A DNA stretch of 64,000 nt from Anaeramoeba ignava BMAN (taxonomy: Eukaryota > Protista > Anaeramoebae), in the NCBI GenBank assembly GCA_028826165.1, contig JAPDFW010000054.1, positions 496,001 through 560,000 on the forward strand, read 5' to 3'. Every line of letters begins with the position of its first letter. Position 1 is the stretch's first letter. The translations under genes were made by a program, and so were the position numbers. Of this stretch, positions 19,817 to 31,998 are shown in pieces. The notes below the pieces were generated by a model. The model did no database searches. It had not been told where the DNA came from and saw nothing but the letters and a program-made list of their open reading frames with translations.

Positions 19817-20490
19817 CAAAACTGACATTTTTCAAAAATTTCATTTTTTCTTGTTAGATCTTAACAATGGTTGGTGACATTCCTGATCCAGAAATAAAAC
19901 CACCTGATAATGTTTTATTTGTTTGCAAATTAAATCCAATAACAGAAAAAGATGATCTTGAAGTAATTTTTTCACGATTTGGCAAAATAAACAGTTGTGA
20001 CATTGTTAGAAATAGAAAAACTGGAGACAGTTTATGTTATGGTTTTATTGAATTTGAAAACAAAGAATCATGTGAACAAGCTTATCTTAAAATGGATAAA
20101 GCATTAATTGATGACAGGCATATACACGTGGATTTCTGTCAATCTATTGCTAAAGTCGATCCAAGAAAAAAACAAAAGACATCAGAATCAACAAATATGG
20201 CATTAACAAGAAGAAAACATTTACATCAAGAAAAAAAGAAAAAAGATTCTATCAAAGTCAAAGATTCAAGTTTTAATCCTGATGTTGCTAATTTATTATT
20301 TGGTGGTCTTGGTGATCAAATTAAAAGTTATCTTGAAAATCAAGAAAAAGAAAAAGAGAAAAAGAATAAAAATAAAAATAAAAAAGATCACAGAAAAAGA
20401 AAATCTTCAAAATCTAAAAAAGAAAATCATTCACATTCTTATTCACATTCTCATTCACATTATCATTCAAAAGATGAAAAAAAGAAATAA
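18572..20490 (+). CDS. PPIL4: Cyclophilin-RRM protein (PPIL4/CYP59)
   Basis: [43 protein letters not shown], and [29 protein letters not shown]. Introns 19039-19506 and 19694-19857 join in frame. Confidence 0.95.
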
Positions 20491-20534
20491 AATAATTTTT
20501 TTTTTATAATAAGAAAATGAATATTTTAGAAATT

Positions 20535-22493
20535 TTAGTTTTCTTTATTTTCTGTTTCAATTTGATTTTGATTTTGATTTAAATTTTGATTTTGATTTTG
20601 ATTTTGATTTTCAATTTGATTTTTATTTTGATTTTCGTTTTGAATTTGATTTTGATTTTTATTTTGATTTTCGTTTTGATTTTGATTTTGATTTAAATTT
20701 TGATTTTGATTTTTATTTTGATTTTCAATTTGATTTTGATTTTGATTTTGATTTTGATTTTGATTTTGATTTTGATTTTGATTTTGATTTTGATTTTGAT
20801 TTTGATTTTGATTTTGATTTTGATTTTGATTTTGATTTTGATTTTGATTTTGATTTTGATTTTGATTTTGATTTTGATTTTGATTTTGATTTTGATTTTG
20901 ATTTTGATTTTCAATTTGATTTTGAATTTGATTTTGATTTTGATTTTGATTTTGATTTTGATTTTGAATTTGAATTTGATTTTGAATTTGATTTTGATTT
21001 TGAATTTGATTTTGATTTTGATTTTGATTTTGAATTTGATTTTGATTTTGATTTTGATTTTGATTTTGAATTTGATTTTGATTTTGATTTTGATTTTGAT
21101 TTTTATTTTGATTTAAATTTTGATTTTGATTTTGGTTTTGATTTTGATTTTGATCTTGATTTTTATTTTTATTTTGATTTTGATTTTGATTTTCAATTTG
21201 ATTTTGATTTTGATCTTTATTTTTATTTTGATTTTGATTTTGATTTTGATTTTGAATTTGATTTTGATTTTGATTTTGATTTTGATTTTGATTTTCAATT
21301 TGATTTTGATTTTGATTTTGATATTCATCTTGATATTCATCTTCATATTGATATTCATATTGATATTCATCTTGATATTCATATTCATCTTGATATTCAT
21401 CTTGATATTGATATTCATCTTGATATTGATATTCAAATTTATTTCTATTTTGATTTTGATTTCTGCTTTCATAATCAAATCTATTTTTGTTTTGATAATT
21501 AAATCTAGATCGATTTTGATTTTTATTTTTATTTTGATTTTGATTTTGATTTTGATTTTCAATTTGATTTTGATTTTGATTTTGATTTTGATTTTGATTT
21601 TGATTTTGATTTTGATTTTGATTTTGATTTTGATTTTGATTTTGATTTTGATTTTGATTTTGATTTTGATTTTGATTTTGATTTTGATTTTGATTTTGAT
21701 TTTGATTTTGATTTTTATTTTTATTTTGATTTTGATTTTGATTTTGGTTTTGATAATTATATTGATATTGATTTCTGTTTCCATAATCAAATCTATTTCT
21801 ATTTTGATAATCAAATCTAGATCGATTTTGATTTGTATTTTGATATTTATTTTGATATTGATTTCTATTTTCATAATCAAATCTATTTCTATTTAAATTT
21901 TGATTTTGATATTCATTTTGATTTTGATATTGATATCGATATTTATATTTATTTCGATTTCTATTTTGATATTGATATTCATTTTGATTTTCGTTTTGAT
22001 ATTGATATTCATTTTGATTTTCGTTTTGATATTGATTTTTGCTTTCATAATCAAATCTATTTCTATTTTGATTTGAATTTCGATATTTATTTCTATTTTG
22101 ATATTGATTTTTGCTTTCATAATCAAATCTATTTTTGTTTTGATTTTGATTTTCATTTTGATTTTGATTTATATTTTTATTTTGATTTTGATTTTGATTT
22201 TCATTTTGATTTTCATTTTGATTTTGATTTTGATTTTGATTTTGATTTTCATTTTCATTTTCATTTTCATTTTCATTTTGATTTTGATTTTGATTTTCAT
22301 TTTCATTTTCATTTTCATTTTCATTTTGATTTTCATTTTGATTTTGATTTTGATTTTGATTTAAATTTTGATTTTGATTTTGATTTAGATTTTGATTTTC
22401 ATTTTCATTTTGATTTTTTTGTTTTTTTTCCTTTTTTTGTTCATATTCTCTAGCTTGTTTTAATTTTTGTTCAATAAATTCTTTTGATCTCAT
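20535..22493 (-). CDS. Asn/Gln-rich low-complexity (prion-like) protein, possibly with an upstream exon starting near 22736
   Basis: 652-aa open frame of (NQ)n with repeated NRNRFDY and EYQY motifs and a non-repetitive charged N-terminus. The frame stays open upstream to about 22548. Confidence 0.6.
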   Translation of the reverse strand: MRSKEFIEQKLKQAREYEQKKEKKQKNQNENENQNLNQNQNQNLNQNQNQNQNENQNENENENENENQNQNQNENENENENENQNQNQNQNQNENQNENQNQNQNKNINQNQNENQNQNKNRFDYESKNQYQNRNKYRNSNQNRNRFDYESKNQYQNENQNEYQYQNENQNEYQYQNRNRNKYKYRYQYQNQNEYQNQNLNRNRFDYENRNQYQNKYQNTNQNRSRFDYQNRNRFDYGNRNQYQYNYQNQNQNQNQNKNKNQNQNQNQNQNQNQNQNQNQNQNQNQNQNQNQNQNQNQNQNQNQNQNQNQIENQNQNQNQNKNKNQNRSRFNYQNKNRFDYESRNQNQNRNKFEYQYQDEYQYQDEYQDEYEYQDEYQYEYQYEDEYQDEYQNQNQNQIENQNQNQNQNQNQIQNQNQNQNQNKNKDQNQNQIENQNQNQNKNKNQDQNQNQNQNQNQNLNQNKNQNQNQNQNQIQNQNQNQNQNQIQNQNQNQNQIQNQNQIQNQIQIQNQNQNQNQNQNQIQNQIENQNQNQNQNQNQNQNQNQNQNQNQNQNQNQNQNQNQNQNQNQNQNQNQNQNQNQNQNQNQIENQNKNQNQNLNQNQNQNENQNKNQNQIQNENQNKNQIENQNQNQNQNLNQNQNQIETENKEN

Positions 22494-22820
22494 TTTTTTT
22501 ATTCTTTCTTCTTCTCTTTTATCAATCGCAACATTTGCAGAAACAACCTTTTGATTAAATAAAATAATTTTTTCCGTTTAAAATTTAATATATTTTCTTT
22601 TACAAATTTTATTTTATTTTATTTTGATTTTTTTTTTTTACATTTTTAATTAACCTTTGAGAAAAATTTTGGTTAATTTTTAAATGAGGTTTTTGATTTG
22701 AATCAATTTTTGAAGGGGATTTTCTATTTGGATTCATTTTTATTTATTTAAAAAAAAAGAAAAAAAATGAAAAAAAATATTTTTGAAAAATTTTATTTTT
22801 TTTTTCATTTTTTCTTCTTA

Positions 22821-25800
22821 ATGGGTCTTCCAGCTTTTTTCCAATGGCTAATTAAAAGATATCAAAAATTATCACTCCCTGCATTATCAAAAACACATCT
22901 ACAACGGAACCGAATCCTAATGGAATTGAATTTGATAATCTTTATATAGATTTAAATTGTGTAATTCATCCATGTTTCCATCCCGACTCAACCGTAATGG
23001 AAAAACCAAGGACACTAGAGCAAGTATTCCACAATATATTTATTTGGATAGATGAAGTATTCACAATTATCCGACCAAGAAGACTAATTTATATGGCGGT
23101 TGGTAAGAAAAATATATCAAATATCGGGATGATTAGAAAAATATCCTCATTTAAATATCGAAAAATAAATTAATAATAATTATACTTTATCAAGACGGAG
23201 TAGCTCCTCGTGCAAAAATGAATCAACAAAGAAGCAGACGTTTTAGAGCAGCTCGAAATATCGTTTCAAATCAAAAAGATGATGATTTGTTTAATTTTGA
23301 TAGTGATTTGGATGATTTTAATATTATTACTCCAGGAACTCCTTTTATGGCAACTCTTTCTCAGAAACTTCGTTATTATATTTCTTATAAAATATCAACA
23401 GATCTTGCTTGGAAAAATATTCAAGTTATTTTGTCTGATTCTTCAGTTCCTGGTGAAGGTGAACATAAGATTATGAAGTTTATTAGATTGCAAAGATTGA
23501 GTTTTGATTATAATCCTAATTTTAATCATGTTATTTATGGTCTTGTAAACTTTGGATTTTTAAAAATTTGAATTTTAATTTGAATTTTAATTTGAATTTG
23601 AATTTTAATTTTGAATTTGAATTTGATTTTGATTTTGATTTTGATTTGATTTGAATTAATTGAATTTGAATTAATTTAATTTGATTTGAATTTAAATTTG
23701 ATTTGAATTTAATTTGAATTTGAATTTGATTTAAATTTAAATTTAATTTGATTTGAATTGATTTGAATTTAATTTGATTTAAATTTGAATTTAAATTTGA
23801 ATTAATTTGGATTTGATTTTAATTTGAATTTTTTGATTTTAATTTTGTTTTGATTTTGATTTGAATTTGAATTTGAATTTGAATTTGATTTAATTTAATT
23901 TAATTTAATTTGAATTTGAATTTGAATTTTAATTTAATTTAAATTTAATTTTGAATTTGAATTTGAATTTGAATTTGAATTTGATTTGAATTTAATTTTA
24001 ATTGAATTTGAATTTGAATTTGAATTTGAATTTTAATTTGAATTTGAATTTTGAATTTGAATTTGAATTTTGAATTTGATTTTAATTTAAATTTTAATTT
24101 GATTTGAATTTGAATTTAAATTTGAATTTGATTTGGATTTAATTTTAATTTGATTTTAATTTGATTTGGATTTTTAAAAATATTTAGGATGGTGATTTAA
24201 TTATGTTGGGTCTCGCAACTCATGAAGCAAATATAACAATTTTAAGAGAAGTTGTATTTTTATCAAAATCAGAAAAAGAACATTATCAACCTTATAATTA
24301 TGAACCTCCTTGGGATTTTGATGAAAAAAAAAGTAGAAATCAATTTTGAAAAGATAAAAAAATTTTTATAATTGATTTTTGATTTTTGATTTTTGATTAG
24401 TTTTAGAAGAAGGAAACTTAAATGATAAAATTAAACCATATAACTTTTTGCATATTAGTATTTTTAGAGAATATTTAGAAAAAGAACTTCATGTTCCTAA
24501 TTTAATTTTTGAAACAAATTTTGAACGTATTGTTGATGATTGGGTTTTTATTTGCTTTTTTGTTGGAAATGATTTTTTACCACAACACCCAACTTTTGAA
24601 ACAAGAGAAGATGCAATTGTATTATTAAGTGAATTATATGTTCGTGTTCTTAATTTAATGGGAGGAAATTTGACAACTAATGGAGAAATCAATCTTCCAA
24701 AATTTGAAATTTTCTTAATGAAATTAAAAGAATTGGAGGAAAATCAACATTATTACAAAAAAGATAAATCATTTAATTCAATTGAAAATACTCCCAATTT
24801 TGTTGATTCTGATAAAATTAATCCAAAAAACAAACATATTAAACCACAATTTCCAAAAAAGCCAAGAACAAATTACATGAATAAGAAATTTTCAAAAAAA
24901 ATTGAACAAAGAAAGATTCTTAACAATCTTTTTCCTGATAAAAAGAAAAGAAATCAACTTATTAATGTTAATATAAATACAGTTGAAAATGCTTCTCAAG
25001 AATTACACAATTTTTTATTTGGAAAATTTGAAAAATTTGAAAAAAAGCCAAAGAATGAAGAAGTATTAGAAAAAAATAAAGAAATTAAAATTATAGAAGA
25101 AAAGAAAAGAAATCAAATTGAGCTTAAAATTCCAATTTGGAAAGAGAAATATTATTTTAAAAAATTTCATGCAAATCGAGAAGATACACAATTTATATCA
25201 AAAATAACACAATGTTATATTGAAGGACTTCAGTGGGTATTCAATTCAAATGAAAATTTAAATTATTTTTAAAATATTTATTCAAATGAAAATTTAAATT
25301 AAAATATTTTTAAAATATTTATTCAAATGAAAATTAAAATCAATTATTTTTAAAATATTTATTCAAATGAAAATTTAAATTAATTATTTTTAAAATATTT
25401 ATTAAATCCAAAATAAAAGGTGCTTAAATATTATCTTCAAGGTTGTGTTTCATGGAGATGGTATTATCCATTTCATTATGCACCATTCGCTTCAGAACTT
25501 GCATTGTTTATTCCAGAAAAAATAACATTTCAAAAAGGAGAACCATTTAAACCTTTTGAACAATTAATGGCTGTTCTTCCACCATCAAGTGCATTAAGAG
25601 TTTTACCAAAAGATTTTTATTCATTAATGATAAATCCAGATTCTCCTCTTTATTCATTTTATCCAAAACATTTTCATATTGATTTAAATGGAAAAACAAA
25701 AGAATGGATGGGAGTTGCACTTCTCCCAATGATAGATGAAAATATACTTTTACAACAAGTAGAAAAACTTTATCCAAATCTTTCCAAAGAAGAAATGGAA

Positions 25801-26568
25801 AGAAATTCTTTTGGAAATGATCTTTTTTTTGTTCATTCTTCTTTTATTCAAAATAATTCTCTTTTTGATTCAAAAGATGAAAATGAATTTTTAATTTCTT
25901 CTAATATTTCAATTCAAAATCCTCTTTATGGAAAAATTTCAAAACCATTAAATAAGGATAACAATAATAACAACAATAATTTCCAAAATTTTAATGAAAT
26001 TCTTAATGATTATGTAAAAATTGATTCAGCTCAAAATTGTTCACAAATGTTTATTTATTCAGATATTGAACCTGAAGATAATTTTGTATTTTCTTCTGAA
26101 ATTCTTCCTGGTGCTAAATTTCCAAAGAAAATTTTAATGAAAAAACATTTTAAAACATTAACACCTTCTCCTTTTATAAAATTATTTGATCAAAAAATAA
26201 CTGAAATGATTGATTTTTCAAATCAAAATCAAAACAAAAATCAAAATCAAAACAAAAATCAAAATCAAAATCAAAACAAAAATCAAAATCAAAATCAAAA
26301 TCAAAATCAAAATCAAAACAAAAATCAAAACAACAAAAATCAAAACAAAAATCAAAATCAAAATCAAAACAAAATCAAAATCAAAATCAAAACAACAAAA
26401 ATCAAAACAAAAATCAAAATCAAAACAACAAAAATCAAAATCAAAACAAAAATCAAAATCAAAATCAAAATCAAAACAAAAATCAAAACAAAAATCAAAA
26501 CAACAAAAATCAAAACAACAAAAATCAAAACAAAAAAAATCAAAACAAAAAGAAAAAAAGAAAAATAA
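22821..26568 (+). CDS. XRN2: 5'-3' exoribonuclease, XRN family (XRN2/Rat1-like length)
   Basis: [84 protein letters not shown] and [10 protein letters not shown]. Introns 23103-23194, 23545-24188, 24333-24400 and 25237-25419. There is a frameshift near 22890 and the C-terminal end is uncertain within an NQ repeat. Confidence 0.9.
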
Positions 26569-26594
26569 AAATAAAAAACAAAAAAATCAAATAT

Positions 26595-27420
26595 AAATTG
26601 AAAAAAAATAAATTGAAATATAAATAAAATTGAAATATAAATAGAAATAAATTGAAATAGAAATAGAAATTGAAATATAAATTGAAATATAAATGAAATA
26701 TAAATAAATTGAAATAGAAATATAAATATAAATATAAATATAAATATAAATATAAATTGAAATTGAAATAGAAATTGAAATATAAATTGAAATATAAATT
26801 GAAATATAAATAGAAATTGAAAATTGAAATATAAATAAAATTGAAATATAAATTGAAATATAAATTGAAATATAAATTGAAATATAAATATAAAATATAT
26901 AAATTGAAATAGAAATATAAATATAAATAAATTGAAATATAAATAGAAAATAAATAAATATAAATATAAATATAAATTGAAATATAAATATAAATATAAA
27001 TATAAATTGAAATATAAATTGAAATATAAATATAAATATAAATATAAATATAAATATAAATTGAAATATAAATATAAAAATAAATATAAATTGAAAATAT
27101 AAATTGAAATATAAATTGAAATATAAATTGAAATATAAAATAAATATAAATATAAATATAAATATAAATTGAAATATAAATATAAATATAAATATAAATA
27201 TAAATTGAAATAGAAATATAAATTGAAATAGAAATATAAATTGAAATATAAATTGAAATAGAAATATAAATTGAAATATAAATTGAAATATAAATATAAA
27301 TATAAATATAAATTGAAATATAAATTGAAATATAAATTTAAATATAAATTGAAATATAAATTGAAATAAAAATAGAAAATAGAAATAGAAATTGAAATAG
27401 AAATATAAATAGAAATTGAA
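26595..27420. repeat. Intergenic hexamer satellite (TATAAA/TTGAAA/TAGAAA) between convergent genes
   Basis: Visible degenerate 6-bp tandem array. Confidence 0.9.
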
Positions 27421-27538
27421 TTCTTTTTTTTATTTTTGAAAATTAAAAAAAATCCAAATAAAATTCAAAAAATAAAAATCAAGAAATTAAAGAAAATATT
27501 CAATTCAATTCAATTCAAATAATTGTTTTGTTTTTTGA

Positions 27539-30500
27539 TTAGATTTTTTCTTCTATTTTTTGTTCTGGAATTAAAATAATTGAACTTGTTGTTTGTTGAG
27601 GATGTTTTATAGAAAAAGGTTTTGAAGGATCAAAATCACCAATTTTATTATCTTCCATAAAATAATGTAAAACCCAAAGAACAATATCTAATTGAGTTTT
27701 TCCAAAATCTTTTGAATATAAACTAAAAACTCTTGGAACCAAAATCTTATTAAAATAAATAAATTAATAAATATTGATTTAATTTTTAATTTTTAATTTT
27801 TAATTTTTAGAAAGAAATTTAATTACTTTTTGTTGAGAAATTCGAACATTTAAAGATAAATAATTTTGACAACAATCAGTTAATTCATCATCAAGTTGAG
27901 TTTCATGAAAGAATTGAACAGGAATTAAAGGTGTATCAAAAGATAAAATTGCGAAATGAATTCTTGGATCTGCAGGAACAACTAATTCAATTCTTTTATC
28001 ATTTTCTTTGAAATGACTTCCAATATTTCCTCTTAAAATCCCATGTTTTATATCTGAAAGTGAATATAAATCACTTCCAATGTGATATTTTGTGTTTTTC
28101 ATAAATTTCTTGTATGTTGTTTTATCAGAAGGTGGTCCATTAATTATAGAACCATGAAGATACATACAATTAAAAATGTTGATAAAAAATGCTTTTCTGA
28201 TATTTGAAGATAATCCTTTTAATTTAATCTATAAACAAAGAGGATATTTTTAATTTGAATTTGAATTGATTTGATTTAATTTGATTTGATTTTAATTTGA
28301 TTTAATTTAATTTTTAATTTGATTTTATTTGATTTTAATTTTGATTTTAATTTAAATTGATTTTGATTTGAATTTGAATTTGATTTTGATTTTGATTTTG
28401 ATTTTTGTTTTGATTTTGATTTTGATTTTAATTTGATTTGATTTATTTTAATTTGATTCGATTTTGAATTTAATTTAATTTTAATTTTGATTTTGATTTT
28501 GATTTTAATTTGATTTGATTTTGAATTTAATTTGAATTTGATTTTAATTTTATTTGATTTTAATTTAATTTGAATTTGATTTTAATTTTATTTGATTTTA
28601 ATTTGATTTAATTTATTTTGATTTAATTTTTAATTTACATTCTGGAGTTTATATGTAGAAACTACAAAACGACGAAATGGTATAGATTGAGATAAAATAT
28701 CACAATCAATTTGTGTTGTTGTTGTTAGAAAATTTGCATAAAGAAGATCAATTAAAAATTTCATTAATTTAATTGATAAACCCAATGGATTTCTTGGATT
28801 TCCTTTATATTTTCTTGCACTATTTAAACTCAATTGATTTTTTTGTTTAGATACGATTGTTGCCTTTAATAACATTAAAAAAAATTTAATTGATATAATT
28901 TTGAATATTGAAATAATTGAAAAAAAAATACTGATTTTATAGATGATAAAGGGTTATAAGTGGCTCCAATAGAAATTTTCACTAATAATTGTTCATATAA
29001 ACTTGAAGTTTTAAAAGGCATAAATGCATTGTGTTCCATTAAAGTTAAAATAATATTTTTTGCCTATTAAAAATTGATTTATCATTGTAAATTTAAGATT
29101 TTGATTTTTTAATCAAATATAAAAGAAAATTAACCTTATTAAAAATATCAGTAGAAAATTCTCGATTCTTTATTTTTTGAGTAATTTCAGCTCTACTTTT
29201 TGAATCAATATTAATTTCGAAAATTGATTCTGGTTTAATATATTTTTCATAAATAGAAATGCTCCATTTTTCAAGTTTCTTTTTGTTTTTGTTTTTGTTT
29301 TTGTTTTAAATTTAATTTGAAAAATTAAATTAAATTAAATTAATAAAAAAATACTTTTGGATCTTGAAGTTGTTGAAATTCTCGAATTTCATTATAAAAA
29401 ATAATATTTTCTTGGTTTAATTGTTGAGAAAGAAATTCTTTAAAATATTCATTTGCTTGAGGAATTTCTAAAAGTTGTTCTAAAGTGTCAAAATCAATAA
29501 CAATCTAATAAAAAAAATACAAAGAGAAAAAAAATTTTTTTATTTTTAGGGAAAATTTTTTTGTTTTTCCAAAAAAAAAAATGTTTACATTTTGATCTTC
29601 TGGTTGAGATTGTGGAGATTGTTGAGATTGTTGAGATTGTTGCTGTGTTTGTTGTTGTTGATGTTTTTCTCCTAAATCATTTGGAGATTCAGTTTCTGTA
29701 TCTAATTCATAAAATTCCAAACCTGTTGTTGTTGTTGTTTGAGGTGGTGAATCTGATTGTCCTGTTGTATTTTTTATTGAATCTGGTATTAAATTTTGAA
29801 AATTTTGATGGAAACTAAAAAAAAATAATTTTATTATTTGAAATTAGAGATTTAGTAATCAATAAGAAAAATTTATTATTTTTTATAAAATCAAACTTAT
29901 TTAATGGAGACATATTCTCTGCACTTATTTTATCAGAAGGTTTTCTCATCTAAGAATTTTGATTTAAATTTAATTTTTAAAAATGGAAATTTTAATTTAA
30001 ATTTAATTTTTAAAATGAATTTTGATTTGAATTTTTAAAATGAATTTTGATTTAAATTTAATTTCTAAAATGAATTTTGAATTTGAATTTAATTTTTAAA
30101 ATGGAATTTTAATTTGAATTTAATTTTTAAAATGAATTTTGATTTAAATTTAATTTTAAAATGAATTTTAATTTGAATTTAATTTTTGATTTTGAATTTT
30201 GATTTGAATTTAATTTTTAAAATGGAATTTTGATTTAAATTTAATTTTGATTTAAATTTAATTTTTAAAATGAATTTTAATTTAAATTTAATTTTTAAAA
30301 TGGAATTTTGATTTAAATTTAATTTTTAAAATGAATTTTGATTTAAATTTAATTTTTAAAATGAATTTTAATTTAAATTTAATTTTTAAAATGAATTTTA
30401 ATTTGAATTTAATTTTTAAAAAGAATTTTAATTTAAATTTAATTTTTAAAATGGAATTTGATTTAAATTTAATTTTTAAAATGGAATTTTAATTTAAATT

Positions 30501-31870
30501 TAATTTTTAAAATGAATTTTGATTTGAATTTAATTTTTAAAATGGAATTTTAATTTAAATTTAATTTTTAAAATGAATTTTGATTTGAAATGAATTTTGA
30601 TTTAAATTTAATTTCTAAAATGAAATTTGATTTGAATTTAATTTTTAAAATGAAATTTGATTTAAATTTAATTTTTAAAATGAATTTTAATTTGGATTTA
30701 ATTTTTAAAATGGAATTTTAATTTAAATTTAATTTTTAAAATGAATTTTGATTTGAATTTAATTTTTAAAATGAATTTTAATTTAAATTTAATTTTTAAA
30801 ATGGAATTTGATTTAAATTTAATTTTTAAAAAGAATTTGATTTAAATTTAATTTTTAAAATGAATTTTGATTTGAATTTAATTTTTAAAAAGAATTTTGA
30901 TTTGAATTTTTAAAATGAATTTTGATTTAAATTTAATTTTTAAAACAAATTTTGATTTAAATTTAATTTTTAAAATGAATTTTGATTTGAATTTAATTTT
31001 TAAAATGAATTTGAAAGATCAAAATACATCAGTTAATGAATCTGAATTTTCAGTATAATCATCAGGTTTATCAACAAAAATAAATTCTAATTGTTCAGAT
31101 TCTGTAAATTCTTGAGCTTCTGAACGACTAACAAGATCAGTAATATTTTGACGAATTTTATTATTCTCAGAAGTTTTTTCACGAATTTGTTTTTGAAGAT
31201 TTTGAATCAATTGAATTTTTTGAGAAGTTGAAGTATTATTAACCATTTCTTCATAAAATTTCTTTTTTTCAGAAATTTCTTCAATCTCGACTTGCAATTT
31301 CTCCATTTTGTTCTGATAATATTCATCAGAATGTTGTTTTTCATCGTTAACTTTGCGTATTTTTTTGGGAGAAGTTGATTCAATTTTGTTTGATTCTTCT
31401 TGACTGTGTAAAATTTGAGTTCGAAGCTTTTCAACATGAATTTTTGCTTCTGAAATTTTATTTCTAAGAACATTATTTGCAGCGATATAATCATTCAATT
31501 GATTTTGAACATTTTGATATTTTGATTCCAAATGTTCATATTGATTTTTTTCAAGAGTTTCTTTTTCTTCGTTTAAAATCTTGATTTTTTCATTAAATTT
31601 TTGTATTTTTTGTTTTGGATCTAAAAACTCTTTTTTTTCTTTTTCTTCAAAAGGAATACTTTTTGTTTCAGAAATTCCTTGATAAAAACTTTCAGCTTCT
31701 TTTAAATCATTTCTTAAATGGTTATTTTCAACTATTTTTTCTTTTAGTCTTAACGTAAAACGGTCAATTTTACGTTTTAATTTTTTTGTTGTTTCATTTT
31801 GTTTTTGATGAGAATTAATTAAGTTTTGAAGTTTTTGTATTTTTTCATCGAGTTTTTTTGTTAAATCCAT
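27539..31870 (-). CDS. Coiled-coil + RGS + DUF547 domain protein (9 exons)
   Basis: Manual splicing gives a coiled-coil exon (31870-31028), then RGS (LEQLLEIPQANEYFKEFLSQQLNQENIIFYNEIREF..IYEKYIKPESIFEINID..IFNKAKNIILTLMEHNAFMPF), then DUF547 (RKAFFINIFNCMYLHG..YSLSDIKHGILRGN..DPRIHFAI). The eight GT-AG introns are consistent with the reading frame. Confidence 0.82.
29955..31015. repeat. ~29-30 bp minisatellite filling the ~1.08 kb first intron of the RGS-DUF547 gene
   Basis: Unit AATGAATTTTGATTTAAATTTAATTTTTAA repeated between AG 29950 and GT 31027 (minus strand). Confidence 0.92.
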
Positions 31871-31998
31871 TTTAAACAAGAAAATAAAAATAAAAAAAAT
31901 GAAAAAAATGAAAAAATAAAAAATAAATTTAACTGAAAAATTTTTTTTAATTTAAATTTAAATGAAAAGAAAAAAAGAAAAAAAAAACAATTAAAAAT

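Noticed and set aside
19129-22453. ORFs reading (LK)n, (IK)n, (IL)n, (FD)n, (NF)n, and similar ones at 3797-5132, 11631-11904, 12370-12759 and 53351-53682
   Set aside because: They are stop-free translations of hexamer microsatellites in introns or spacers, or shadow frames of real genes.
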